The notes: a model not told the origin generated them from the sequence alone. A stretch of 64,000 nt of DNA from Candidatus Omnitrophota bacterium (GCA_028870995.1 JAGWOI010000002.1:110463-174462), one strand, 5' to 3'; shown: positions 52,648-64,000, counted from the first letter of the stretch. Translations and numbers: made by a program.

Positions 52648-52678
52648 GGGGACACTTTAAAGTGTCCCCTTTTTTTTA
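52648..52678 (+). terminator. Rho-independent terminator after the dsbA-like gene
   Basis: Perfect 22-nt palindrome ggggacacttt|aaagtgtcccc followed by an 8-T run (52670-52678). Confidence 0.8.
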
Positions 52679-52700
52679 GGCCTTTTAGCGGAATTGACCT

Positions 52701-55043
52701 ATGGCTGACGAGCAGTACGAGTTAAATATCATTTTACCGGTATTTAACGAAGCCAGGAATATCGAGGGCGTTCTTCGAGACGCCTGCGCGTTCATCCGGC
52801 GTGAGGGGACCAGGGCCCGTATTATCGTGATAGACGATGGCAGCAGCGACGCCACACCGCAGGTCCTGGAAGCGGCGGCCCTCTCCTGCCCGTACCTGCA
52901 GGTGATAAGACACCTTGAAAACCAGGGATACGGCGCCGCCTTGAGAAGCGGCATCAAAGCCGCCCAAGGCCGGTGGGTCCTTTTGATGGATGCCGACGGC
53001 CAGTTTGAGACAGGTTCCCTGAAAGACATCTGGCCCTGCAGGGCCCGGGCTGATTTTTGGCTGGGATACCGCAGGCAAAGGAAGGACAGTCTCTACAGAA
53101 AGTTTCTGGGCAGAGTCGGGAATGGGCTGGCTTCAGTCTTTTTGGGCCGTTCCATCCGCGACGTTAACTGCGGTTTTAAATTGTTTAAAAGGGAGCTTGT
53201 CCAAGACCTGGACCTGGCAGTCGAGGGCGGGGCCGTCAATTTCGAGATCCTGCAAAAGCTTTTTAAGACCCACCCTTCGGCGGTCATGCGGCAATTTGCG
53301 GTGACGCATCATCCCCGCCATTCAGGACTGTCCACCGGAGGCCGCCCGCAGGTCATTTTTAAGATCATCAAGGAGGGGGCGGGCATGCTGTTAAAAGAGA
53401 AGGGGATGGTTTTGGAGGGCCTCATTTTGATGGTCCTGCTCGCGGTACTGGCCGAGATTTCTTACAGCCATGCCGGAGAGGGGATTTCTGTTGTCAAATA
53501 TCATCTGCAATGGGGATCGGTCAATTTGTTGAAGAACTACGCCTTGTACCAGCATTCCTTTAGGGATTTTATATACCGCGGCTGTGCTTTTCATCAGGGC
53601 AATTCCGAAGCAGAATGGCGGACCGCGTTCTACCTGCTGCCGCTTTTCATTTTTTGCAGCTTTCTTGGGGGCTTGAGCCTCAAGACCATGTGCTGTTTTA
53701 CCATCACCGTTTCCCTTGTGACCCTGGTTTTGTTTTATGCCTGGGTCAGGACAATCTGGGGCAGGCAGGCCGCTTTTTTTGCCGCCCTGCTTTTCGGCTT
53801 TTCCGCGGTGTTCCAGGAGATCGCTAGGTCCGGCAGTTATGAGGCCTACAGCCTTATGGCGGCCATGGTCTGGATACTATATTTTTTCCGCATGAGCGCC
53901 TCCCCAAGCCCTGCCGGTTATCTAGGATTCGGCCTGATCACGGGATGGACATGGTACGGCTATGGCATCCTAAGGTGCCTGACGCCGGCAGCCCTGATTC
54001 AACTGCTGTCATTTAAGGATGAAAAGAAATGGAGATCGGTTGCGCTTTTTTTATCAGGCATGCTGGTTGTCATCGTACCGGGATTTTTGGTGATGTTAAG
54101 GATTTATCATAATGAGATCCCGCAGCGTCCTTTCAGTAGGTTGTTCTTTGACAGGGAAAACATCCACCGCTTTAAAGAGCTTGTGCTAAACCTCCAGTCC
54201 TTTGCCGGCTGCATGCTGGGCAGGGACCATTATATCGAACCTTTTGTCCGCGACACCTTCCATGCCCATTTTTGGAGCCCGTGGCTGGTTGTTCCCCTGG
54301 TGATGGGCATGGCAGCGGCCTTCAGGCAGCGCCGCCAGGCGGCCGGCCGGTCATTGCTGATATTGAGCGCCGTCATTTATCTGACCATGCCGCTGCTGAC
54401 ATCCCACATCGGTTATTGGCAGGCCAGGCGGTCACTGCTGTATGTTTTGCCCTCCTATTGCTTTATAGGGCTGGGGATGAAGCAGATTTTCGACGGGATA
54501 ATTCGCGTCGGCGGCCGGATCAAATGGACGGGAACCATTATTTTGGCCGGTGCCCTTGGCCTTATTCTTATATCAGAGGGAGGTATACTTCGCGGGCGCA
54601 TTCTGACGCGGCAGGACATAGGCCTTTTGCCTTTGGCCGAAAAGATCAGGGAGATGGGCCTTGAGGGTGATTTGTATTATGTGGAAAGAAAAAACCCCGG
54701 GTATTACACCAAGATGGGCGATGTGAGCATGGCTAGAGGAATAAATTCTTTATATGAGGCGGACTTTGAAAGCGATGTATTGAGCCTGGCGTTGATGGAT
54801 CACGGACAAACCCTGCCCACGGTCCGCGGTTTGGGCGTCAAAAGCCCTTTGCCTGCCGCCGCCCCTGCCCATTTTTATATTGTGCAAAGCCCCCTGGTCG
54901 CCGGGAATGAGTTTGAGCGCTGGTGTTCACGCAACCGGATCAGGCACCGCCTTATATTTGAACTTAAGCCGGTTGACCTGCCCCGGGGAGAAGCCCGGCT
55001 GGTCTGCGGCCCTTTCAAGCTTTTTGACGCCATCCGTGGGTGA
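52701..55043 (+). CDS. Fusion of a GT2 (polyprenyl-phosphate glycosyltransferase, DPM1/GtrB-like) domain to a large polytopic membrane domain (~12 TM). Possibly GT-C-like.
   Basis: N-terminal 'LNIILPVFNEARNIEGVL', 'IIVIDDGSSDATPQVL', 'LENQGYGAALRSGIKAA', 'LLMDADGQF' and 'NCGFKLFKREL' are classic GT2 motifs. After aa ~240 come about 12 hydrophobic helices. The N-terminus is paralogous to the GT2 gene at 58980..59690. Confidence 0.8.
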   Translation: MADEQYELNIILPVFNEARNIEGVLRDACAFIRREGTRARIIVIDDGSSDATPQVLEAAALSCPYLQVIRHLENQGYGAALRSGIKAAQGRWVLLMDADGQFETGSLKDIWPCRARADFWLGYRRQRKDSLYRKFLGRVGNGLASVFLGRSIRDVNCGFKLFKRELVQDLDLAVEGGAVNFEILQKLFKTHPSAVMRQFAVTHHPRHSGLSTGGRPQVIFKIIKEGAGMLLKEKGMVLEGLILMVLLAVLAEISYSHAGEGISVVKYHLQWGSVNLLKNYALYQHSFRDFIYRGCAFHQGNSEAEWRTAFYLLPLFIFCSFLGGLSLKTMCCFTITVSLVTLVLFYAWVRTIWGRQAAFFAALLFGFSAVFQEIARSGSYEAYSLMAAMVWILYFFRMSASPSPAGYLGFGLITGWTWYGYGILRCLTPAALIQLLSFKDEKKWRSVALFLSGMLVVIVPGFLVMLRIYHNEIPQRPFSRLFFDRENIHRFKELVLNLQSFAGCMLGRDHYIEPFVRDTFHAHFWSPWLVVPLVMGMAAAFRQRRQAAGRSLLILSAVIYLTMPLLTSHIGYWQARRSLLYVLPSYCFIGLGMKQIFDGIIRVGGRIKWTGTIILAGALGLILISEGGILRGRILTRQDIGLLPLAEKIREMGLEGDLYYVERKNPGYYTKMGDVSMARGINSLYEADFESDVLSLALMDHGQTLPTVRGLGVKSPLPAAAPAHFYIVQSPLVAGNEFERWCSRNRIRHRLIFELKPVDLPRGEARLVCGPFKLFDAIRG

Positions 55044-55123
55044 TCCCCAAGAATTTTCCTTTGCAAAAAAAACATTTTAGTGTATAGTGTAGCCTCTTTG
55101 AAGAAAGGGAGGTTTTTAAACAT

Positions 55124-55369
55124 ATGGGTGGTCGCGTAGGTGGAATTACAAGTAAATATTATTACGAAACCGCAGGCATCAAGGTCTCTGGGGGCCAGAA
55201 GGTCAAAGCCGGGACTATTTTGACCCGTCAAGGCAACCAGTGGAAACCCGGCCTTAACGTGATCGGCCGCAGTTCATTGACGGCTGCGTGCGATGGCGAA
55301 GTTTATTTTACCCGCCGTAAAAACAGTTATAACAAGGTCATCACGCTCATTAACGTTAAGCCTTCGTAA
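55124..55369 (+). CDS. rpmA: Ribosomal protein L27-like protein (divergent N-terminus)
   Basis: RBS aagggagg. 'GIKVSGGQKVKAGTILTRQGNQWKPGLNVIGRSSLTAACDGEVYF' aligns with L27 '...[48 protein letters not shown]'. It lacks the conserved AHKK N-terminus, and no L21 gene lies upstream. Confidence 0.55.
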   Translation: MGGRVGGITSKYYYETAGIKVSGGQKVKAGTILTRQGNQWKPGLNVIGRSSLTAACDGEVYFTRRKNSYNKVITLINVKPS

Positions 55370-55399
55370 ACGTTCGTCTACTTCAAGAATCAAATACCT

Positions 55400-57229
55400 A
55401 TGTGCGGGATTGTCGGCTACGTCGGAAATAAGGACGCTGTGCCCATATTGCTCGAGAGCCTCAAAAAACTCGAGTACCGCGGGTATGACTCCAGCGGTGT
55501 GGGGTTTTTAGACCATGATGCCCGGCTGATCGTCCATAAATCCAAGGGCAAGATCCGCAATTTGGAAGAGTTGCTGGCAAGCCACACCCTGCCTCTGGCC
55601 CATGCCGGCATTTCGCATACCCGCTGGGCCACCCACGGCCTTCCCTGCGACACCAATGCCCATCCGCATACAGACAGCAAACATACCATTGCCGTTGTTC
55701 ATAACGGTATCATTGAGAATTATCAGGAACTCAAAGCGGAATTAAAGAAAAAAGGCTGCCACTTTACCTCCGAGACGGATTCGGAAGTCGTACCTCAGCT
55801 GATCGCCCATTTCTATAAAGGGGACTTGCTGGCCGCCGTGCGTCAGGCCATTGCCAAATTAAAAGGCACCTTTGCCTTGGGGATCATCAGCCGGGAGCAT
55901 CACGGCTTGCTGATCGCCGCGCGCGTGGGGTCGCCGCTGATCGTCGGCATCGGGGACAACGAGAATTTTATTGCTTCGGACGTGCCGGCCATCCTGGAGT
56001 TTACCCGCCGGGTGATTTACCTGAAAGACCGCCAGATCGCGGTCTTGACCAAGGACAAGGCGGAAGTCTACAGCTTTGAAGGCAAAAAAGCCACCCCCGT
56101 CATCGACACGGTTTCCTTTAACGTGACCGCGGCCCGTAAGGACGGCTTCGCACACTTTATGCTCAAGGAGATCCATGAGCAGCCGGAAGTGCTTGCACAG
56201 ATGCTGGCCCTGCGGTTGAAGAACAAGCAGCTATCGCTGGAAGGTCTTCAGCTTCCTGATGCTGTGTTAAAGCGGACGGCGAAGGTTGTGGTGGTGGCTT
56301 GCGGCACCGCCTATCATGCAGGCCTTGTGGGTAAATATATCATCGAGACCCTGGCGCGCCTCCCGGTCGAATGCGACACCTCCAGTGAATTCCGTTACCG
56401 TAACCCCATCATCGACAAGAACACCCTGGTCATTGCCGTCAGCCAGTCAGGGGAGACCGCGGATACCCTGGCGGCCGTGCGTGAAGCGCGCGCGAAGGGT
56501 GCTAAAGTGATTGCCATTTGCAACGTGGTGGGATCGTCTCTGGCACGCGAGTCCGACAGTATTCTGTACACCTATGCCGGCCAGGAGATCGGGGTTGCGT
56601 CCACCAAGGCCTATACCGCCCAACTGATGATGTTTTACCTGCTGGCCTTGAAATTGGCCCAGGTGCGCAAGACCTTAAAACCTCAAGAGTGGAAAAGTTT
56701 GGTCAATCATTTGGTGCGCGTACCGTCCTTATACAAGACCATCTTGAAGGGTATCCACCATATTCAAAAGGTGGCGGAGGCCAACTCGCATTTTGGCTGT
56801 TTCCTGTTCTTAGGCCGTCATGTGAATTTTCCCTCGGCCTTGGAAGGCGCCTTGAAGCTCAAGGAAATTTCCTACGTCCCGGCGGAAGGCTACGCGGCCG
56901 GCGAGATGAAGCACGGCCCCATCGCCTTGATCGATGAATACCGTGCCGTGGTATGCATCAATCCCAAATCCCATGTCCATGAAAAGATGTTTTCCAACAT
57001 CCAGGAGATCAAGGCCAGGCGCGGCAACATCATCGCGATTGTCACCAAGGGCGATAAGGAAATCAAATCCCATGCCGACTTTACCATCGAAATGCCGGAC
57101 ATCCCCGAGCTTTTAAGCCCGCTTTTGGCGGCGTTACCGCTGCAGATGCTGGCCTATTTCATTGCCGTCAAACGCGGCTGCGATGTGGACCAACCGCGTA
57201 ACCTGGCGAAATCTGTGACGGTGGAATAA
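55400..57229 (+). CDS. glmS: Glutamine--fructose-6-phosphate aminotransferase (isomerising) GlmS
   Basis: 'MCGIVGYVG' Ntn-amidotransferase start. Two SIS domains. C-terminal '...AKSVTVE'. Full length at 609 aa. Confidence 0.95.
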   Translation: MCGIVGYVGNKDAVPILLESLKKLEYRGYDSSGVGFLDHDARLIVHKSKGKIRNLEELLASHTLPLAHAGISHTRWATHGLPCDTNAHPHTDSKHTIAVVHNGIIENYQELKAELKKKGCHFTSETDSEVVPQLIAHFYKGDLLAAVRQAIAKLKGTFALGIISREHHGLLIAARVGSPLIVGIGDNENFIASDVPAILEFTRRVIYLKDRQIAVLTKDKAEVYSFEGKKATPVIDTVSFNVTAARKDGFAHFMLKEIHEQPEVLAQMLALRLKNKQLSLEGLQLPDAVLKRTAKVVVVACGTAYHAGLVGKYIIETLARLPVECDTSSEFRYRNPIIDKNTLVIAVSQSGETADTLAAVREARAKGAKVIAICNVVGSSLARESDSILYTYAGQEIGVASTKAYTAQLMMFYLLALKLAQVRKTLKPQEWKSLVNHLVRVPSLYKTILKGIHHIQKVAEANSHFGCFLFLGRHVNFPSALEGALKLKEISYVPAEGYAAGEMKHGPIALIDEYRAVVCINPKSHVHEKMFSNIQEIKARRGNIIAIVTKGDKEIKSHADFTIEMPDIPELLSPLLAALPLQMLAYFIAVKRGCDVDQPRNLAKSVTVE

Positions 57230-57234
57230 ACAGG

Positions 57235-57256
57235 AAAAAGGGGACTGTCCCTTTTT
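57235..57256 (+). terminator. Terminator-like hairpin after glmS, directly abutting the rsmI start codon
   Basis: aaaaaggggactgtcccttttt: stem AAAAGGGGA/UCCCUUUUU with a U-run. Shares the GGGGAC...GUCCC core with the terminator at 52648. Confidence 0.5.
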
Positions 57257-57916
57257 ATGCTTTATATTGTTTCTACTCCCATCGGCAACCTTAAGGACAT
57301 CACTTTAAGGGCCATCGAAACCCTTAAATCCGTTGACCTGATCGCCGCCGAAGACACCCGCCACACCAAGATCCTTCTTGATACCCATCAAATCCAAAAA
57401 CCCCTGACCTCCTTTTTTGAACACAATCAGCTTAAGAAAGCCGCACAGCTGATCGGCCTGCTCAAGGAAGGCAAGGCCGTTGCCCTGGTCACGGATGCCG
57501 GCACACCGGGCATCAGCGATCCTGGTTTTTCGCTGGTTCGCCTGGCCATGGAGAATGCTATTCCCATTACCGTCGTTCCCGGCGTCAGCGCCTGTGTTGC
57601 GGCCTTGACAGCATCAGGCTTGCCGTCGCACCGTTTCCTTTTCGAGGGGTTCCTGCCGCCCAAAAGCGGCAGCCGGCGCAATAAGCTGCTGGCTTTAAAA
57701 GATTTTGAGGGAACGGTTGTCTTTTATGAATCGCCCCACCGCCTGTTGAAGACGCTGGAGGATATGCGCCAGGTTTGGGATGACCCGGTCATCGTCGTGG
57801 CCCGCGAGCTTACCAAGAAATTTGAAGAGATCCGCCGGGACAAAGCCAGCGGCCTGCTGGAACATTTTCATGCCCATCCGCCCAAAGGCGAATTTGTTTT
57901 GTTGAGAAACGCCTAA
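57257..57916 (+). CDS. rsmI: 16S rRNA (cytidine1402-2'-O)-methyltransferase RsmI
   Basis: 'MLYIVSTPIGNLKDITLRAIETLKSVDLIAAEDTRHTKILL' is the canonical RsmI tetrapyrrole-methylase-fold N-terminus. Confidence 0.9.
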   Translation: MLYIVSTPIGNLKDITLRAIETLKSVDLIAAEDTRHTKILLDTHQIQKPLTSFFEHNQLKKAAQLIGLLKEGKAVALVTDAGTPGISDPGFSLVRLAMENAIPITVVPGVSACVAALTASGLPSHRFLFEGFLPPKSGSRRNKLLALKDFEGTVVFYESPHRLLKTLEDMRQVWDDPVIVVARELTKKFEEIRRDKASGLLEHFHAHPPKGEFVLLRNA

Positions 57917-57929
57917 GGCTCCTGCCCGA

Positions 57930-58421
57930 TCAATAACTGCACAAGACTGAGGAGTAAACGTTGGTGGTGGCCGAAGATTGGAAGGAGTCCACAAGGTCAG
58001 AGTTGCTTACGCTGCTGCTGGTGCCGCCGCCGGTTGTTAAATATGCATACCCGGTCGGGAGAGTGGTGGGCAGGCAGCTAAGGTTGCCTGGGGTGGGGGT
58101 ACAATCGGAAGAACACGAAAACGGGGAGATGTTCCCTGTGCAGAAATAGTTATAACATTGCTGGGGATAAATGCTGGGCGTGCCGCCTTTACAGACATAG
58201 ATCGTTCCCGACGTGTCCGCGAAAAGCATGCCGTCGGGATTGCCGGTACAGGCATTGGAAACATTGGGAGCCGGAAAGGTATGGGATAATTTGATCATTT
58301 GATAATTCGATGAGGGCGCGGGATAGTAGGTGGTCAATTGGGTGGATCCTGTGCCGGCAAACGCAAAACCGGCAGGTGTAATGCCTAAACCGAGAATAAC
58401 AACCAGGGCGTATTTTTTCAT
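57930..58421 (-). CDS. Secreted Cys-rich protein, paralog family member P1 (163 aa)
   Basis: Signal peptide 'MKKYALVVILGLGITPAGFAFA'. Conserved motif 'TYYPAPSSNYQMIKLS' shared with the ORFs at 58418..58882 and 60094..62304. Ten Cys residues. Confidence 0.65.
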   Translation of the reverse strand: MKKYALVVILGLGITPAGFAFAGTGSTQLTTYYPAPSSNYQMIKLSHTFPAPNVSNACTGNPDGMLFADTSGTIYVCKGGTPSIYPQQCYNYFCTGNISPFSCSSDCTPTPGNLSCLPTTLPTGYAYLTTGGGTSSSVSNSDLVDSFQSSATTNVYSSVLCSY

Positions 58422-58882
58422 GGTTTCACCGTTGAGCCGGAAGTGCAGCAGACGATGGAATAAATATTGGTGCCATTCGATGTGAAGGTGTCGTAGTTAT
58501 TTGATGCTCCATTGATGCTTGCCAGGGCAAATCCTGTGGGGCACGGATTAGGAGAACCGGTGGTAAATTTACTGTTGCAGCTGGCATCAGTACTGGAGCA
58601 ATACCGGTTAAAACAAGTTTCATTGTAAGGAACAGACACATGGCTTGCCCCGTTGGAGGCGCATAAAATCAAGTCGGATCCATTTTGGTAAACAACGCCT
58701 TTATTGGTAGCTGACGTGCAGTCTGGTGCCGATGGGGGAGCAGACAGGGTGAGCTTGTTGTAGCTGCCCACTGGAGCAGGGTAATTGGTATTATAGATCA
58801 AATTGCCGGCAAGGGCATCGGCCGCAGCTGTGCAAAGGCACAGGATCAAGGCAAGCGAGAAGTTTTTTATAGTCCAAAACAT
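58418..58882 (-). CDS. Secreted Cys-rich protein, paralog family member P2 (154 aa)
   Basis: Signal peptide 'MFWTIKNFSLALILCLCTAAADALA'. Motif 'TNYPAPVGSYNKLTLS'. Its stop overlaps the P1 start (ATGA), implying a co-operon. Confidence 0.65.
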   Translation of the reverse strand: MFWTIKNFSLALILCLCTAAADALAGNLIYNTNYPAPVGSYNKLTLSAPPSAPDCTSATNKGVVYQNGSDLILCASNGASHVSVPYNETCFNRYCSSTDASCNSKFTTGSPNPCPTGFALASINGASNNYDTFTSNGTNIYSIVCCTSGSTVKP

Positions 58883-58979
58883 GCCAATTTAAATATATAT
58901 CATCCTATCACCCCGCGCAACCCAAATTCCGGGTATTAGGTTTATTTTTAATAAAAATTAAATATAATAAGAAGCGTTG

Positions 58980-59690
58980 ATGGACAACCCCAAAGATAAT
59001 GAGCTAAGCATCGTCCTGCCGGTCTTCAATGAGGAGGATGTCATTGAAAGAACCATCCGGGAGATAGAAGCCTACACCCTTCGTTTTATAGGTAAGGCGG
59101 AAATTATTGCTGTCAATGACGGCAGCACCGACGGCACCGCGAAGGTTCTGGATAGGTTAAGCCGCACGCTGCCTAATTTGAAAGTAGTCACGCACGAGCA
59201 GAATAGAGGATATGGGGGCGCTCTTTATTCCGGCATTAAAGCGGTGAGCAGTCACTGGATGCTGCTGATGGACCCGGATGGACAATTCCATATTGATTCA
59301 TTAAATGAGATATGGCCGCATAGACATGATCACGAAGTGCTGTTAGGGTACCGGCAAAAAAGAGGGGACAACCTGTACCGGGTTGCCCTGGGCAGGTTGT
59401 CCAACACCATTTTAAATTCATTTTTGAGCCGCCATATAAACGATCTCGATTGCGGTTTTAAAATTTTTAAGAGCGACCTTATCCGGGAAGTGCCTTTATC
59501 GTCAAGAGGCGGAGCAATCAACTTTGAAATAATCCACTATCTCCTAAGAAAATTTCCATCCATTAAGATTTATCAATATCCGGTAAGGCATTATCCTCGC
59601 GAAACGGGCAAGGCCAAAGGAGGTACGCCTAAAAAAATATTGAGGATGGCTTTCGAGGGTTTAAGGATCGTTTTTAGAACAAGAGGCTAG
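58980..59690 (+). CDS. GT2 polyprenyl-phosphate glycosyltransferase (GtrB/DPM1-like), stand-alone
   Basis: 'LSIVLPVFNEEDVIERTI', 'IIAVNDGSTDGTAKVL', 'HEQNRGYGGALYSGIKAV', 'LLMDPDGQF' and 'DCGFKIFKSDL'. Paralog of the N-terminal domain of 52701..55043. The track starts at a TTG (58977); the ATG at 58980 is preferred. Confidence 0.85.
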   Translation: MDNPKDNELSIVLPVFNEEDVIERTIREIEAYTLRFIGKAEIIAVNDGSTDGTAKVLDRLSRTLPNLKVVTHEQNRGYGGALYSGIKAVSSHWMLLMDPDGQFHIDSLNEIWPHRHDHEVLLGYRQKRGDNLYRVALGRLSNTILNSFLSRHINDLDCGFKIFKSDLIREVPLSSRGGAINFEIIHYLLRKFPSIKIYQYPVRHYPRETGKAKGGTPKKILRMAFEGLRIVFRTRG

Positions 59691-59697
59691 GGGGCTC

Positions 59698-59970
59698 ATG
59701 TATTTCTACAATTTTCATATTGATGCTTGGACAATCATAGGCCTGGCCGGCCAATTTTTGTTTTTCCTGAGTTTTGCGGTTCAATGGTACCGCTCCGAAC
59801 AGGCCAAGCGCAGCATCCTGCCCCAAGAATTTTGGCTGTTGCGATTGATTGCGTCATTGCTTTTGATCGCATATGTCCTGCATCGACGGGATATTGTCTT
59901 TTTAATAGCCGCCATTCTTCAAATTATTTTTTATTTGAGGAATATTATTTTGATAAAAGGGCAGGAGTAA
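59698..59970 (+). CDS. Small membrane protein with lipid-A-biosynthesis N-terminal (LAB_N)-like domain, GT2-associated
   Basis: RBS gggggctc. 'WTIIGLAGQFLFFLSFAVQWYRSEQAKRSILPQEFWLLRLIASLLLIAYVLHRRDIVFLIAAI' matches the W..IG..GQ..F..RF..QW..SE..K.S..P..FW..SL.G..LL..Y...R.D.V consensus. This family is typically encoded next to GT2 polyprenyl-P glycosyltransferases. Confidence 0.6.
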   Translation: MYFYNFHIDAWTIIGLAGQFLFFLSFAVQWYRSEQAKRSILPQEFWLLRLIASLLLIAYVLHRRDIVFLIAAILQIIFYLRNIILIKGQE

Positions 59971-60093
59971 CGCCTCATTATTTCCCCGCAAGGCCCGCAA
60001 TGCAATAATACCCGCCTTTTAGAAGTTAATTCAGCTGTATTTTTCTTGAAATTTAAGAACAACAGAGGAAGGTTTTAAGAAAATTTTGGATTG

Positions 60094-62313
<2,220 letters not shown>

Positions 62314-62380
62314 TTAAAGCCCATTTTATGATACTGATTAAAGTATAAAATATAAGAATAGTTTAATCAAACAAGAATTT

Positions 62381-62797
62381 TTAATTTTGAAGAGTATTCA
62401 TAATCTCTGTATTATCGAAAGTTTGGCCATTACCTGAAGGGCTGACAACGGCATTATCGCCTATGAAGGTCCCGGTATCCGTAAGGTTGGCGGGTCCTTG
62501 GTTATCGGTGGAATCAGTGGAGATGTCTGCGGGGGTATTGTCTGTGGAAGTGTCGGTATTGGCGGGGGCAATGTTGGCATCCATTGAAGGGACGCGGGTG
62601 TCCGGGACGCTGGAGTCCACGGGATTGGCGGCCGAGTTGTCCGTGGCCGCCTCGGTGTCCGCCGGCAGAGAGGCGGTGTTTACAGCCGCATTATCTACCG
62701 CATCAGCTGCATCTTCCGGGGTTTGCGCATGCGCGGCAAGGGCCGGTAAAAAGGCGAAGCCCAGGCAAAGAACGATATGGACAAAAGATTTTTTCAT
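62381..62797 (-). CDS. Secreted acidic low-complexity protein (D/T/N/A/S-rich)
   Basis: Signal peptide 'MKKSFVHIVLCLGFAFLPALAAHA', then repetitive 'DAADAVDNAAVNTASLPADTEAATDNSAANPVDSS...TDTSTDNTPADISTDSTDN'. The track ORF starts at a TTG (62818). Confidence 0.5.
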   Translation of the reverse strand: MKKSFVHIVLCLGFAFLPALAAHAQTPEDAADAVDNAAVNTASLPADTEAATDNSAANPVDSSVPDTRVPSMDANIAPANTDTSTDNTPADISTDSTDNQGPANLTDTGTFIGDNAVVSPSGNGQTFDNTEIMNTLQN

Positions 62798-62858
62798 TAG
62801 CGCAAGATTATAAACCAAGTAAAATCCGGAATCAATGTAAATGTTCCAAGGACCACCC

Positions 62859-62887
62859 TTGACATAAACGCTTGAGAGTGATATATT
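62859..62887 (+). promoter_or_regulatory. Sigma-70-type promoter of the pyrR-pyrB operon
   Basis: -35 TTGACA (62859-62864), 17-nt spacer, extended -10 TGaTATATT (62879-62887). Confidence 0.6.
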
Positions 62888-62904
62888 TTAAAAAATTTGT
62901 TAAA

Positions 62905-62935
62905 CCTTTAATCCGGCCCCGCGAGGCTGGAAAGG
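62905..62935 (+). promoter_or_regulatory. PyrR-binding-loop-like RNA hairpin in the pyrR leader (anti-antiterminator element)
   Basis: 'UUUAAUCCGGCCCCGCGAGGCUGGAAAGGG': stem UCCGGCC/GGCUGGA with the UCC...GAGGCU signature of PyrR binding loops (consensus ARUCCNGNGAGGYU, here with an enlarged loop). Located between the promoter and the terminator hairpin. Confidence 0.55.
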
Positions 62936-62956
62936 GAATATGAACAGCTTCTTTAG

Positions 62957-63607
<651 letters not shown>

Positions 63608-63679
63608 AAACTTTTTAAGGAAGCGGCACCGTTCTAGTATGAAAAAATTATTAGTTTCGTGGAAGGGAGGCATGAACGT

Positions 63680-64000
63680 ATGAGCTGGAAACACAAGCAC
63701 TTGTTGGGCCTTCAGGATTTAAGCCGTCAGGATATCGAACTTGTCCTGGAGACCGCTAAATCCTTCAAGGAGGTCTCCAGCCGCGACATCAAGAAGGTGC
63801 CGGCCCTGCGCGGCAAGACGGTCGTGACCCTCTTTTTTGAAGCGTCCACCCGCACGCGCATTTCCTTTGAACTCGCGGCCAAGCGCCTTTCGGCGGACAC
63901 GCTTAACATCGCCGCCAGCGTTTCCTCAACGAGTAAGGGCGAGACCCTGCTGGACACTGCCCGCAACATCGAAGCCATGAACGTGGACGCCATGGTGGTG
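63680..64000 (+). CDS. pyrB: Aspartate carbamoyltransferase catalytic subunit PyrB (5' part; continues beyond the window)
   Basis: RBS ggaagggagg. '[31 protein letters not shown]...[28 protein letters not shown]' carries the STRTR carbamoyl-phosphate-binding motif. Confidence 0.9.
   Translation, partial: MSWKHKHLLGLQDLSRQDIELVLETAKSFKEVSSRDIKKVPALRGKTVVTLFFEASTRTRISFELAAKRLSADTLNIAASVSSTSKGETLLDTARNIEAMNVDAMVV

Noticed and set aside
63727-63993. Minus-strand ORF 63727..63993 (88 aa)
   Set aside because: It is antisense to the clearly recognisable 5' end of pyrB (STRTR motif in the + frame).

Overview
This 64-kb bacterial window is dominated by one uninterrupted 43.2-kb ORF (39..43232, + strand; 14,397 aa from the first ATG). 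No in-frame stop lies between the window edge and that ATG, so the gene may start further upstream. The protein is a mosaic.

N-terminal part: a Pro-rich and acidic low-complexity region, two TM helices, then about 3,000 aa with no recognisable family.

Middle: a polytopic membrane block (nt ~11,060-18,560).

Cytoplasmic-looking modules that I recognise from sequence motifs:
- PEP-utilising enzyme (phospho-His segment plus the TIM barrel with 'FFSVGTNDL' and 'ICGDLAA').
- GT2 glycosyltransferase immediately followed by a HAD-IIB (Cof-type) phosphatase.
- VTC/CYTH-like polyphosphate-tunnel domain.
- Adenylate-kinase-like P-loop domain ('GKPGGGKGE' ... 'LFLDGFPRN').
- A possible HIT-like segment.

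Interspersed among these are signal-peptide-like, lipobox-like and membrane-anchor-like segments that suggest ancestral gene fusions.

The architecture resembles the giant genes reported from uncultivated lineages such as Omnitrophota; I cannot verify lineage from sequence alone.

Downstream of the giant gene:
- A small PilZ-like gene.
- mutS-mutL on the minus strand.
- A housekeeping block: transglutaminase-like secreted protein, SixA-like phosphatase, BamE-like lipoprotein, trmB, a D-Ala-D-Ala carboxypeptidase, a DsbA-like oxidoreductase.
- A surface glycoconjugate-type locus: a GT2 fused to a ~12-TM domain, an L27-like gene, glmS, rsmI, three paralogous secreted Cys-rich proteins (one carrying a ~1.3-kb collagen-like GNT/GAY tandem repeat), and a second GT2 with a LAB_N-family small membrane protein.
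- A pyrR-pyrB operon with a clear promoter, a PyrR-binding-loop-like hairpin, a leader ORF and an intrinsic terminator.

I found no rRNA, tRNA, CRISPR array or transposase/integrase. The many minus-strand ORFs inside the giant gene are treated as antisense shadow ORFs.
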